Source of the DNA: an uncultured delta proteobacterium
GTDB taxonomy: Bacteria > Desulfobacterota > Binatia > UBA9968
NCBI GenBank assembly: GCA_963760795.1
Contig: CAVXEP010000014.1
Location: 1-64,000, forward strand
Direction: 5' to 3'
DNA length: 64,000 nt
Part shown: in pieces, positions 1 to 9,773 of the stretch
Layout of the letters: each line of letters begins with the position of its first letter
Numbering within the stretch: the stretch's first letter is position 1
Translations under genes and position numbers: made by a program
The notes under the pieces: model-generated
Told to the model about the DNA's origin: nothing
Databases searched by the model: none
Seen by the model: only the letters and a program-made list of their open reading frames with translations

Positions 1-101
1 GTTTTGCCGTCGAAGGAGAGCGTTTTTTCTTGACTGTCTGTTTCAACCGGCTCTCGTAGCCACAGAGCACTGACATCTATCTTGGGAAGACCGGTTCGGC
101 G

Positions 102-1757
102 TTAAAATTGATAACGCATCTTGAGAAACACCGAATCCTTCTCGTCGAAAAAACCGAAGGACTTGAACTTATTGCGGCCGCCGTAGATCACTGCCGTCAG
201 AGTGAAGCGGAGTTTTTCGTTGCCCGGCGGGGCGTAGCTGAGCGCCGGATTGACCGCGTAGTAACCCGCCGGGTCGTAGGCGAGAAAGACATCCGGCAGG
301 AGCGTGTCGCCCAAGTAGCCGGTGCCGGCGCGAAACGTCAGCGTCGTCGATATTCGTTTGATCCGCTCCATGCTGGAAAACGGCCGAATGCCGTCCTCGT
401 GATTGAAAATAACGCTCTGAAAAAGTTGCACTGACAGATTGAACGCGCGCCAGGGATCGTCGGGGTGGAGTAGTGGAATGAGCGTCGTGCGATCGAGACC
501 GAGAGCATAGCGTAGCGTATGTTTCTCAACGACGCCGTCGGGATATCGGCAGCTCGGCCCGGCGCCTAGCCCGGTGGCGGCGCCGGTCTGGCAATTGCGC
601 CCAGGATAATCCGCAATGTTGTAGGGCTTATGCGGCAAAACAACCACTTCGCCGCGCAGCGTCGAGTTGACCGGCAGCTGCATCAGGGTGCCGATCGGAT
701 AGTTGAACTGTCCGGCGACGCTATGGCCGCGGCCGTTGATCAGGTCCAAGTTGATCTTTGTGCCGTTGGGCGGGCAGCGCGGCGGCCCACACAGCACCGG
801 CTGCCCCTTCATCTTGAAAACCATGTCGGCCCCTTGGGGGTTGTAACCCCAGATATAACCCAAGGCGAAATTGAGCTTGCCTAAATTATGCGTCAGCCGG
901 CCGCCGAGTTTCCACGAATCCGCCGACTCCGGCAGCTCGCGCTGGGTAAAGGGCACGACCACCGGCGCCGCACCCAGCGGATTGGCAAACAGCCGGCCAA
1001 AGGCGATGCGCGTCTCGGGATGGCTCGACCAGCGACCGTATTTGATGGTGCGATCGCTGGTGTCGTTGCTGCCGACCACTTCATCGACTCTTTGTCTGGC
1101 CCGGTCGAGCGCCCCAGGCAGGACAAAAACATCGAGGATCGTATTGGACTCGGGTTGAATCGTGTAGAGCCCGCGCAATCCCCAAGATGGGATTCGGGTC
1201 TCGTCCAGGTTGAAAAGATTGGGCGCCGCCGGCGGGGCGAACATCCCGTCTTGCGGGTTGATTATATCGAGCAGCCGAATTCCGTCGGTCTCGCCCCAGG
1301 AAATAAACTGCCGCCCCCAGCGCAGCACCAACCGGTCGCTCGGTTTGTAATCCAACACCGCTTCCCACGGCACCGGACTATATTCGTCGTAATATTTATT
1401 CGACAGGCCGCTCACGCCGGCGCTCGGCTGCACCGACTGCTTGCGGCTGGTGCTTTCCATTGCATAGCGCGGCTCCTTGACGAACTTCCACGCCAAGAAG
1501 AGCTTCCAGTCATCGCTGAACTTGAGGTTGAGCTCCGGCTGGATGGTCAGCCGGTTCATGTCGAAACGGTTCGAAGTATCGAAGAAGCGGCTGCCATGGC
1601 TTATCGCCAGCCCCGTCGCGTTTTCGATAAAACCGCCGAATCTCACGTTGTTCTCAATGAACTGCTCGAATCCGCTGCCGCGGAGCGGCGCCGTGGACGT
1701 CATCGTCGCCAACCAAACTAACCCCACCCATAAATGACATGTCGACCGCCGATTCAT
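102..1757 (-). CDS. DUF1302-like outer-membrane beta-barrel protein
   Basis: 551 aa; signal peptide; RWGRQFISWGETDG/DIINPQD motif typical of DUF1302; C-terminal aromatic beta-signal (MRYQF); divergent from a DUF1329-like gene. Confidence 0.75.
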   Translation of the reverse strand: MNRRSTCHLWVGLVWLATMTSTAPLRGSGFEQFIENNVRFGGFIENATGLAISHGSRFFDTSNRFDMNRLTIQPELNLKFSDDWKLFLAWKFVKEPRYAMESTSRKQSVQPSAGVSGLSNKYYDEYSPVPWEAVLDYKPSDRLVLRWGRQFISWGETDGIRLLDIINPQDGMFAPPAAPNLFNLDETRIPSWGLRGLYTIQPESNTILDVFVLPGALDRARQRVDEVVGSNDTSDRTIKYGRWSSHPETRIAFGRLFANPLGAAPVVVPFTQRELPESADSWKLGGRLTHNLGKLNFALGYIWGYNPQGADMVFKMKGQPVLCGPPRCPPNGTKINLDLINGRGHSVAGQFNYPIGTLMQLPVNSTLRGEVVVLPHKPYNIADYPGRNCQTGAATGLGAGPSCRYPDGVVEKHTLRYALGLDRTTLIPLLHPDDPWRAFNLSVQLFQSVIFNHEDGIRPFSSMERIKRISTTLTFRAGTGYLGDTLLPDVFLAYDPAGYYAVNPALSYAPPGNEKLRFTLTAVIYGGRNKFKSFGFFDEKDSVFLKMRYQF

Positions 1758-1794
1758 ATCACTCCCGTATGGACCTGTTTCTTTCCACTCATGG

Positions 1795-1809
1795 GCAAGC
1801 CAAATGCCA
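1795..1809 (-). promoter_or_regulatory. sigma54 (-24/-12) promoter for DUF1302-like gene
   Basis: minus strand TGGCATTTGGCTTGC = GG-N10-GC, about 40 nt upstream of the ATG at 1757. Confidence 0.7.
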
Positions 1810-1882
1810 CTGTGATTACCGAGCTAATTCATTGGCGACCCATCATAAACGTCAATAGCCTGTATCAAATTCTCCATAGGGA

Positions 1883-1900
1883 TGTGTAAAAAAATACTCA
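1883..1900. promoter_or_regulatory. candidate bEBP upstream activating sequence
   Basis: imperfect 18-bp palindrome TGTGTA-AAAAAA-TACTCA between two divergent sigma54 promoters; similar site at 8889-8906. Confidence 0.45.
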
Positions 1901-1995
1901 CCCGACTCGTCTGATTGAACCGCACTAACCTCAATTAGGCTGACCATCAGGAAGTTACGACAGTAGAGCTTGCCTTTGCTGAAACCAGCCTACCA

Positions 1996-2011
1996 TGGCG
2001 CATGGATTGCT
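1996..2011 (+). promoter_or_regulatory. sigma54 (-24/-12) promoter for DUF1329-SBP-HK-RR operon
   Basis: TGGCGCATGGATTGCT = GG-N10-GC, about 80 nt upstream of ATG 2093. Confidence 0.7.
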
Positions 2012-2092
2012 AATATAATTCGCTTGCGATAGTGGGTCGATTGGACGAGACGACTCTATCACTCAGTTCCGATTTGCGGGAGCTGGCATTCA

Positions 2093-3334
2093 ATGAGGTT
2101 AACCACACAACAAAAAATACACAGGCTTTCCTGCTCGTTCGCGATTTTTGTTTTTTTCTTGCTTGGCGTACCGGCAACGGTTCACGCCGCCGATGCTGAC
2201 CTCAAACCGGGCGACACTATCGGCCCCAATAGTTGGGAGCGCGCCAAAGGCATGGTCGGCGAGAACCTGCTAAACCGCATTAAGTCGGGCTACAGTTTTA
2301 AGATCAAGCAAAGCCGATCCCTGGGCAATCCCAAGGAGTACGACGCCGCAACGAGCCTATATGCGGGTTCGGTCAAATTAGCAGCGAATGGCGAGCTGCT
2401 GAACTATGTCGCCGGATCGCCGTTTCCTGAAGTCGCTCCCAGCGATCCGCAAATCGCGCTGAAACTTATTTGGAACTTCTATTGGCGCTGGCTCGGCGAC
2501 GACTACAAAACCGGCGGCGGCACGGGGGAAGGCAAGATCATCCGCTACGCCATCGAAAAAGATGGCTCGGAAAGGCGCGCAGACGTGCTGCATCACACGA
2601 TCAGAACACGCGGTCGAGTCACCTTGGACGCGAAGCCATCGCTCCCAGGCTATGAACATATCGACTGGATGCAGCTGCGCGCCGACGAATACCCGCGCGA
2701 CACGGCCGGGACGACAACCCTGGAGATTCGCTACAGCGATGCCAAGAGAGAAGACGATCTTTATATCTATGTGCCGAGCATTCGCCGCATACGCCGCGCG
2801 CCACCGACCCAACGGTGCGCCACCATCGCCCCGAGTGAGTTCAATTTCGACGACATCAACAACTTTAATGCAAAAATTGCTGATTTTAACTATCGTTTTT
2901 TAGGCCGGACTAAAATGTTGGGCAATCTTGCTCAGGAACGCGTCCCTTTTGAACGCAAGAGCGGGGACTATCTGCCGTCAAAAGAAAATTGGGAAGTCGT
3001 CGAGTCCTATGGCGTTGAGATCTCTCCCAAGGATTCAGGTTACTGTTATCCACGCAAGGCGATCTATTTCGATACGCGAACCTTCGAAGTTCTATGGGCA
3101 ATGACTTGGGATGGCAAGGGAAACTATTGGAAGGAACAGTTCTCACTGCGAACACCGATAAAACTTGCCGACGGCCAAGAGACCCTGTCCATCGGCACCG
3201 CGGTCGTAACCAACGTGCAAAATGGCCGATCGACGTTGGTCGATGCCGTAAGAGCCTACAATCAAGGTTACCAGCCGACGCTTTTCACTCTGGCGACTTT
3301 GCAGACGGTCATGCGTGGAGGGTCGCTTCGGTAA
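2093..3334 (+). CDS. DUF1329-like periplasmic protein (LolA-like fold)
   Basis: 413 aa; signal peptide; NYVAGSPFP, IWNF, YVPSIRRIRR and WKE motifs recalled for DUF1329. Confidence 0.8.
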   Translation: MRLTTQQKIHRLSCSFAIFVFFLLGVPATVHAADADLKPGDTIGPNSWERAKGMVGENLLNRIKSGYSFKIKQSRSLGNPKEYDAATSLYAGSVKLAANGELLNYVAGSPFPEVAPSDPQIALKLIWNFYWRWLGDDYKTGGGTGEGKIIRYAIEKDGSERRADVLHHTIRTRGRVTLDAKPSLPGYEHIDWMQLRADEYPRDTAGTTTLEIRYSDAKREDDLYIYVPSIRRIRRAPPTQRCATIAPSEFNFDDINNFNAKIADFNYRFLGRTKMLGNLAQERVPFERKSGDYLPSKENWEVVESYGVEISPKDSGYCYPRKAIYFDTRTFEVLWAMTWDGKGNYWKEQFSLRTPIKLADGQETLSIGTAVVTNVQNGRSTLVDAVRAYNQGYQPTLFTLATLQTVMRGGSLR

Positions 3335-3402
3335 GCGGAACACCTGCCGGCGCGCTGAACCAAGGGAGTCGGGTCGCGGTAAATCCGCGACGGGGATTCG
3401 CG

Positions 3403-4386
3403 ATGAAAGTTTGCTGGGCACTGCCAGTCATTGTTTTGTTACTAACGGGCGCCTCAATTGCCGGGCAATCCCGGTCCCAGTTACCCCACATGGTGCTGAT
3501 CGGCATCGGTAAGCCCGGCATCGTGGTACCCCAAGTAAGGGGCCTGTTCGACGGCTTGGAGGAGGCGGGCTACATCGACGGTAAGAATCTTTTTGTTCAC
3601 CATCTTCGCAGCGAAAGCGCGGCGGAGCTTCGCGATCGTCTGACGGAACTGGTGCGGCGAAAAGTCGACATCATCGTCACTTCGAGCGCCAGCGAAACCA
3701 CCATCGCCCAGCAAGTCACCAGGGAGATCCCGATTGTCTTCGCCCCTTCGCTCGACCCCGTCAGAATGGGGTTCGTCAAATCGCGCGCTCGTCCCGATAC
3801 CAATCTCACCGGACTGAGCTATACCCGCAACCAGGCGGACAATGGTAAACAGCTGGCGGTGTTCAAGGAATTCGTACCAGGGCTGCGCCGGGTGACGCTA
3901 TTTTACGACGGGCGGCCGGCCATCGGCACCCCGGAGTCGATTCGCGCCTCGGTCAGGCGCATCGCTCAACATCTGAACATTCAACTGAGCGAACATCCCG
4001 TCACATCCAGCGCAGACGCAGTGAAAGTCCTCCAGCCCATGTCCAAAAGTGCCATCGACGGAGCGTTTCTCATCTGCACCGCGGTGTTCAGAGGGATAAA
4101 ACCGCTGGCCGATACCGCGGCGCAGATCGGCGTGCCGCTGTTCGGCTGCACGGCAGCCCAGGTCGCGGACGAAGGCGCTCTGATGACCTACACGCCCGAT
4201 ATCTATTTAATCGGCTACCGCGGCGCGTGGTACGTCGACCGCATACTCAAAGGCGCCAAGCCGGATCAACTTCCGGTCGAGGCGCCGCGCCAACTGGAAT
4301 TGGTGATCAATCTTAAAAACGCCAAAGCGGTCGGTCTAAAAATTCCGCCGGAGCGGCTGATCTTAGCGGACAAAGTGTTTCAATAA
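3403..4386 (+). CDS. ABC transporter substrate-binding protein (ABC_sub_bind/PF04392 type)
   Basis: start refined to ATG 3403 (signal peptide follows); DPVRMGFVKS..P..NLTG and YVDRILKGAKP.LPVE.P...ELVINLK motifs; stop overlaps next start (TAATG). Confidence 0.85.
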   Translation: MKVCWALPVIVLLLTGASIAGQSRSQLPHMVLIGIGKPGIVVPQVRGLFDGLEEAGYIDGKNLFVHHLRSESAAELRDRLTELVRRKVDIIVTSSASETTIAQQVTREIPIVFAPSLDPVRMGFVKSRARPDTNLTGLSYTRNQADNGKQLAVFKEFVPGLRRVTLFYDGRPAIGTPESIRASVRRIAQHLNIQLSEHPVTSSADAVKVLQPMSKSAIDGAFLICTAVFRGIKPLADTAAQIGVPLFGCTAAQVADEGALMTYTPDIYLIGYRGAWYVDRILKGAKPDQLPVEAPRQLELVINLKNAKAVGLKIPPERLILADKVFQ

Positions 4387-7334
4387 TGCAAAATCATTCT
4401 GGCCGCCTGGCACGGCAGTATTTTTTGGTCTTCGTCGTACTGCTCGGCGGCGGCTTGATCGTCAGCGGCGCCCTCGAGCTCTACTTCCGCTACGGCGAAA
4501 GCCGCCAGCAGATCGCCGTGGTGCAAGGCGAGATCGCCAGCAACGCGGCGCGGCGCATCGCCCAATTCATTCTTACCATCGAAGAGCACATGAAGGCAGC
4601 GACGGTAAGCAGCGTCGTCGCGCGCCAGGGCATCGGGCCGGCGTATCAGTTCGAACTAGCCAAACTGCTTATGATTGCACCGGCCATCAGCGAACTGCTC
4701 GCCATTGGCGCCGACGGCCGGGTGCGGGCTTTCGTCTCGCGCTTTAGGGTCGCGCAAGACGCCGACGAACAGAACCTCTCCAAGGCTGCGAGCTTCCTCC
4801 AAGCCAAACAGGGAGTCACTTTTTTTGGTCCGGTCAACTTCGTCGATGAATCTGAGCCATCGATCGCCATCGCGGTGCCCATTGAACAATTTCCCGGCCA
4901 TGTCATCGGCACACTGCATGCTCAAGTCGACTTGCGCCAGATCTGGGAAGTTGTGCGCGATCTCAAGTTCAGCGATACCGGTTACGCCTACGTCGTGAGC
5001 CGCGCCGGCGATCTGATCGCCCATTCCAATCCCGGTTTAGTTTTACAGCGCCTACGCGCGGCGCATTTGACCCAAGTACGGACCGCGTTTCAACCCAACC
5101 CGGTGGCGCCCACACCGAGGACGACCATGGCCAAGGACTTTGCCGGGCAGGATGTGCTGAGCTCTTTTGTCTTCCTACCCAACCTTGATTGGGCCGTCTT
5201 CGTCGAGCAGCCGCTCAGCGAGGCGCACAAGAGCTTGTATGGGTCGATTCTACGCACCTCCACCCTGTTGCTTATCGGTTTGGGCACGGCTCTGGTCGCC
5301 AGCGTCTTCGTCGCCCGGCGCGTGGTCCGCCCGTTGGAAGCTCTGCGCCGCGGCGTCGAAAGAATCGGTTCCGGCGACTTGAACCACCGTATCGAAATCG
5401 CAACCGGCAATGAGATCGAAGTGCTCGCCGATGAATTCAACAAGATGGCCGGCGAAATCAAAAACGCCTATCAAGGACTTGAAGATAAAGTGCAGCAGCG
5501 CACCAAAGAACTGACGGCGCTTCTCGACGTCGCCGCTACCGCGACTCAGTCCTTCGACATCGACGTGGTATTGCGCCAAGTGGCGGAGAAAATCTCTGAG
5601 ATCTTCGAACTTTATGCGGTGCTCATCTACCTCTATGAACCCAATCAAACGGATCTGCGGGTGCGCGCTCTGACCGGCTACGCGCCCCAAGAATTCGCGC
5701 AAAAATTATTCAAGCGCGGCCAAGGAATTGTCGGTAGGGTCGCCGACACCGGGGAGCCGCTTCTGTTCGCCGATGCGCAAAGCGATCCAGGCTACCTGGC
5801 AGCGAGCCAAAGCCAAGCGGCGAAAGAATTGGGCATTCATTTCTTTGCGGGCTTTCCGATCAAATCGAAGGGCCGGGTGTTGGGCGCCATTGTCTGCAAT
5901 GGCCGGTCGCCGCGCCAATTGACGGAACCAGAGCACCGGCTGCTCACTTCCATGGCGGATCAGATCGGCCCGGCCATCGACAACGTTAACCTGTTTGACG
6001 AAGCAAAAAGTAAAAGCGCAGAACTCGAACGGCGCAATCGCGAAGTGGTCGATGCCCTGGAGCGTCAAACTGCGGTGGCCGAGATGCTCCGCGCCATGGC
6101 GCACACCCTGAGCGACTTACAAAGTTTTTTCGACACCATGATCGCCGACACCGTCAGGCTGACTCGGGCCACCGGCGGTGTCATTCGCCTGGCGGACAAC
6201 ACCGGCGCGCTGCGCTATGTCGCCCACTATCACAATGGTGCGCATCGCCTGCGAGAGGTCGAGAAGCAGCCGCTACCGGCCGACGAGAACGGCGCGGCGA
6301 TGCAGGCGTATCGCCAACAGAGCCCGGTGCAGTTTAGCGATGTCTTGGAACAACCGCCGCCGTTGGGCCGGCCGAAATCGACCGCCACGCGCACCGTGCT
6401 GGCGGTGCCACTGCTCCAAGAGGGCGTCTCCATCGGCGTCATCGTGGTCTTTCGCCACTTCGTCGAGCCGTTCACCGAGCCGCAAGTGGAACTGGTCACC
6501 ACCTTTGCCGACCAAGCCGTGGTCGCGATCAAAAACATCAACCTGTTTCAGGAACTTGAGGCGCGCACGCGCGAGCTGGAGTCGGCCAACGATCGCCTTA
6601 AAGAGCTCGACAAACTCAAATCCGGTTTTGTCTCGAATGTCTCCCACGAGCTCAGAACTCCGCTCACAGCCATCGGCAGTTTGGTCGACAATATGCTCGA
6701 CGGTCTAACCGGGCCGCTCAACACCAAGCAAGCGCACTACATTAGCGGCATCAAGGACAGCACCGAAAGGCTGGCGCGGCTGATTCACGATCTGCTCGAT
6801 CTCTCGGTCATCGAATCGGGCCGCATGGAGATCAAACCCAGCACATTTCAATTATCGTCGCTGATAACCGAGGTTGTCGAGAATCTTCGGCCGGTGGCTC
6901 GGGACAAGGCTATCGAACTGGACGGCGGTTCGCCCAACCGCGATGATCTTGCCTGGGCCGATCGCGACAAGGTCACCCAGGTGCTCACCAATCTAGTGAC
7001 CAACGCCGTCAAATTCACGCCCAATGGCGGCAAAGTCAGAATTTTTGTCGAACCCGTCGAGAGTGGTTACTGGCTCCAGGTCGGCGTCAGCGATAACGGT
7101 CCGGGCATTCCACCCGAAGAAGCGGGGAGAATCTTCGACGAGTTTTACCAAATCGGTCAGCCCGGGGGAGAAAAGGCCAAAGGGGTTGGCCTCGGTTTGG
7201 CTATATGTAAAAAATTGATCGACATGCATGGGGGCCAGATACGCGTGGAGAGCACCCCTGGGGCCGGCAGCACGTTTTATTTCACCGTTCCTGCGCATGT
7301 CGAACAGTCGTCAGTACAAGCTGCGCTGAATTGA
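4386..7334 (+). CDS. sensor histidine kinase (TM-Cache-TM-HAMP-GAF-GAF-HisKA-HATPase)
   Basis: 982 aa; two TM helices flanking a Cache-like domain (GYAYVVS..G.LIAH); HAMP; two GAF domains; H-box SHELRTPL; N box NLVTNAVKF; G boxes DNGPGI, GVGLGL. Confidence 0.93.
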   Translation: MQNHSGRLARQYFLVFVVLLGGGLIVSGALELYFRYGESRQQIAVVQGEIASNAARRIAQFILTIEEHMKAATVSSVVARQGIGPAYQFELAKLLMIAPAISELLAIGADGRVRAFVSRFRVAQDADEQNLSKAASFLQAKQGVTFFGPVNFVDESEPSIAIAVPIEQFPGHVIGTLHAQVDLRQIWEVVRDLKFSDTGYAYVVSRAGDLIAHSNPGLVLQRLRAAHLTQVRTAFQPNPVAPTPRTTMAKDFAGQDVLSSFVFLPNLDWAVFVEQPLSEAHKSLYGSILRTSTLLLIGLGTALVASVFVARRVVRPLEALRRGVERIGSGDLNHRIEIATGNEIEVLADEFNKMAGEIKNAYQGLEDKVQQRTKELTALLDVAATATQSFDIDVVLRQVAEKISEIFELYAVLIYLYEPNQTDLRVRALTGYAPQEFAQKLFKRGQGIVGRVADTGEPLLFADAQSDPGYLAASQSQAAKELGIHFFAGFPIKSKGRVLGAIVCNGRSPRQLTEPEHRLLTSMADQIGPAIDNVNLFDEAKSKSAELERRNREVVDALERQTAVAEMLRAMAHTLSDLQSFFDTMIADTVRLTRATGGVIRLADNTGALRYVAHYHNGAHRLREVEKQPLPADENGAAMQAYRQQSPVQFSDVLEQPPPLGRPKSTATRTVLAVPLLQEGVSIGVIVVFRHFVEPFTEPQVELVTTFADQAVVAIKNINLFQELEARTRELESANDRLKELDKLKSGFVSNVSHELRTPLTAIGSLVDNMLDGLTGPLNTKQAHYISGIKDSTERLARLIHDLLDLSVIESGRMEIKPSTFQLSSLITEVVENLRPVARDKAIELDGGSPNRDDLAWADRDKVTQVLTNLVTNAVKFTPNGGKVRIFVEPVESGYWLQVGVSDNGPGIPPEEAGRIFDEFYQIGQPGGEKAKGVGLGLAICKKLIDMHGGQIRVESTPGAGSTFYFTVPAHVEQSSVQAALN

Positions 7335-7345
7335 GGTCTGTCCCT

Positions 7346-8701
7346 ATGACTGAACCGCAAGAAACCATTCTAGTCGTCGACGACGATCCCTACATCCAAG
7401 AAGCGCTCAAAGACCGGCTGGTATCCCTCGGCTATCAGGTCACGCAAGCCAGCGATGGCAAACAGGCTTTAGAGATGATCGGCCGACAAACCCCGCAGAT
7501 GGCTTTCCTCGATATCGAGATGCCCGGAATGAAGGGCATGGAAGTTCTCAAAGAGCTGCGCCGCCAGGAGAAAGATTTTCCGGTGGTCATGATCACCGCC
7601 TACGGCACCATCGACATCGCCGTCGAGGCGATGAAAGAAGGCGCCGCGGATTTTGTCGCCAAACCGTTTAAAGGCAGCCATATCGCGATGGTGGTGCAAC
7701 GGACGATGGAGCAACAGCGCTTGCGCCGCGGCATTGAAGTGCTGACCCAAGAGGTCGACAAACGCTACCAAATGGTTCCTGGCAAGAGCGAGAGAATGGC
7801 CCAAGCGACCCAAGCCGCCAAGAAAGCCGCGGCGACCCGCAGCACCATATTGCTGCTCGGCGAAAGCGGCGTCGGCAAGGAGCTGTTCGCCCGCGCCGTG
7901 CATAACTGGAGCGAGCGCCACGACCTGCCGTTCGTGGCGATCAACTGCGTCGGCCTGTCGAAAGACTTGTTGGAAAGCGAATTGTTCGGTTACGAACGCG
8001 GCGCCTTTACCGGCGCCCAGCAAAGAAAGAAGGGGAAGATCGAGCTGGCCCAGGGCGGCACGGTATTTCTCGACGAGATCGGCGATATCTCTGAGGAGAT
8101 TCAGGCCAAGCTGCTGCGCTTCTTGCAAGAACGGGAGTTCGAGCGGGTCGGCGGCACCGAGCTGATCAGCGTCGACGTGCGCATCATCGCCGCGACCAAT
8201 CGCAACCTGGAGGCCGCAGTCAAGGACGGTAGATTCCGCGAGGATCTATTTTACCGGATCAACGTCGTGCCGATCACCTTGCCGCCGCTCCGCGAGCGCA
8301 AGGAAGATATCCCAGAGTTGGCCGAGTTTTTTCTCCGGCGCTTTTCCCAGGAATCGAAAAAGGATTTCCTGCGGATCGCCGACGACGCCCTGGTCAAGCT
8401 GTCCGCCTTCGACTGGCCGGGCAACGTCCGCGAGCTCGCCAATGTCATCGAGCGCGCCGTGGTTTTAGGCGAACCGCCATCGATCCAAGCCGACGATCTG
8501 CCGGTGGAAATATTAGCTGTGCTCCGATCCAGTCCGGCAAAAACGTCCCTCAATTATCAAGAGACCGTCGACGAATACCGCCGCGAAGTGATCGTCAAAG
8601 CGTTACAACAAACCAATGGCAACCGCACCGCCGCGGCTAAAATTTTAGGCCTCGAACGCGCCTACTTACAAAAGCTGCTCAAGTCCTTCTGCATCAAGTG
8701 A
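7346..8701 (+). CDS. sigma54-dependent response regulator (NtrC family, REC-AAA+-Fis HTH)
   Basis: REC (VVDDD, LDIEMP); Walker A GESGVGKE; GAFTGA; FLDEIGD; WPGNVREL; C-terminal HTH. Confidence 0.95.
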   Translation: MTEPQETILVVDDDPYIQEALKDRLVSLGYQVTQASDGKQALEMIGRQTPQMAFLDIEMPGMKGMEVLKELRRQEKDFPVVMITAYGTIDIAVEAMKEGAADFVAKPFKGSHIAMVVQRTMEQQRLRRGIEVLTQEVDKRYQMVPGKSERMAQATQAAKKAAATRSTILLLGESGVGKELFARAVHNWSERHDLPFVAINCVGLSKDLLESELFGYERGAFTGAQQRKKGKIELAQGGTVFLDEIGDISEEIQAKLLRFLQEREFERVGGTELISVDVRIIAATNRNLEAAVKDGRFREDLFYRINVVPITLPPLRERKEDIPELAEFFLRRFSQESKKDFLRIADDALVKLSAFDWPGNVRELANVIERAVVLGEPPSIQADDLPVEILAVLRSSPAKTSLNYQETVDEYRREVIVKALQQTNGNRTAAAKILGLERAYLQKLLKSFCIK

Positions 8702-8754
8702 TATATCTCTCGATGATGGTGATACCCATCACCTTCGAGCGCAGCCAAATCACT

Positions 8755-8830
8755 CATACCGGCGAACGCCGGTATCCAAGAGCGGGTGGCGGCCGGATAA
8801 AACCTATAATCCGGCCTTCGCGGGAATGAC
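8755..8830. repeat. REP-like GTCAT..C/GAATGAC-family palindromic element
   Basis: TCATACCGGCGAACGCCGGTATCC...TCCGGCCTTCGCGGGAATGAC; relatives near 26245-26295 and 37675-37731. Confidence 0.55.
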
Positions 8831-8888
8831 AGACGAGAAATCAAGTCACCGCTCAGATGGTTTCTACTAGTAGCTCACTCGATTGACG

Positions 8889-8906
8889 TGAGTGGTTTCC
8901 CACACA
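8889..8906. promoter_or_regulatory. candidate bEBP upstream activating sequence
   Basis: TGAGTGGTTTCCCACACA matches reverse complement of 1883-1900 (TGAGT-N8-ACACA); about 120 bp upstream of the sigma54 promoter at 9023. Confidence 0.45.
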
Positions 8907-9022
8907 GGTCTGTTTTCTTTTAGACACTTCGCCACCGCGATTTAATCCAATCGCAATCATCGCGCGATTAGATTTTTCTTATATTTCAATAGCGTGGAGC
9001 AGCTGGAAAGAAAAATTCGGCT

Positions 9023-9038
9023 TGGCACGAGCCATGCT
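9023..9038 (+). promoter_or_regulatory. sigma54 (-24/-12) promoter
   Basis: TGGCACGAGCCATGCT = GG-N10-GC, about 30 nt upstream of ATG 9069, which has a GAGG RBS. Confidence 0.7.
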
Positions 9039-9068
9039 GTAGAAATCGCTCATCCTGAGGAAAAATCG

Positions 9069-9560
9069 ATGCGCTGCCAAATTCTCGTGCCTATCAAGGG
9101 CCGCGATCACATCGAAGAGTTTCTGCCCTATCTCGAAGATATGGCTCGACCCGACACCAAGATTGTCTTCTTGGTTCACTTGAACGTTGACCGATTCAGC
9201 GAACTTACCCGTCAACTTCTTACGATCCAAAGCGCTAAGCCTGGCGATTTTTCCGGCGCCTCCGTGGCACCGCATGATTCCAGCGAGCCGCCGTCGAACC
9301 TCGCGCGCCGAATCGAGCGCGCCACCCGGGAACTAAGCGATCATGGGGCGCAGATCGATGTGAAGTTTTACAGCGGTCGAGTCAAGCCAATCCTGCGCCA
9401 GTACAACGAGGTTGAAGCTACAAGTCTGGTAATTATGCGCCCGGCGATAAACCGGGCAAGGCGCTGGCTGCGTAGTCTGATTGCAGCTTTAGGAATTGTC
9501 AGACCGGCCATGCCGGTGCGCCTGTGTCACCCGGCCGATTTCACCAGTAGGGACTTATAA
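9069..9560 (+). CDS. universal stress protein (USP)-like hypothetical protein
   Basis: ATG 9069 after GAGGAAAAATCG; N-terminal ILVPI..., IVFLVH and C-terminal G....IL.......LVIM pattern resemble the USP fold. Confidence 0.55.
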   Translation: MRCQILVPIKGRDHIEEFLPYLEDMARPDTKIVFLVHLNVDRFSELTRQLLTIQSAKPGDFSGASVAPHDSSEPPSNLARRIERATRELSDHGAQIDVKFYSGRVKPILRQYNEVEATSLVIMRPAINRARRWLRSLIAALGIVRPAMPVRLCHPADFTSRDL

Positions 9561-9773
9561 AATATCGTTTGCCGTGATTGCGGTTCTATCCCCAGCATAA
9601 CGAATATGCCGCGGGGGGCGACCAGAGCCGGTAATTTTTTTAAAGTTGTCTAATTTTGGACGGAATTCCGGCTAACCGAAGGCGTAACATGCATGAGCTT
9701 ATTACCAAACCGTAAATCATAATCGCCCTGCTACAGCTGCGCCAGCCGCACATCACTCAATTGAAGGAGACAG

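Noticed and set aside
3094-3402. N-terminal extension of the 430-aa ORF (also extensions at 8994, 45451 and 61409)
   Set aside because: They overlap upstream genes, promoters or repeats; downstream starts have an RBS and/or signal peptide
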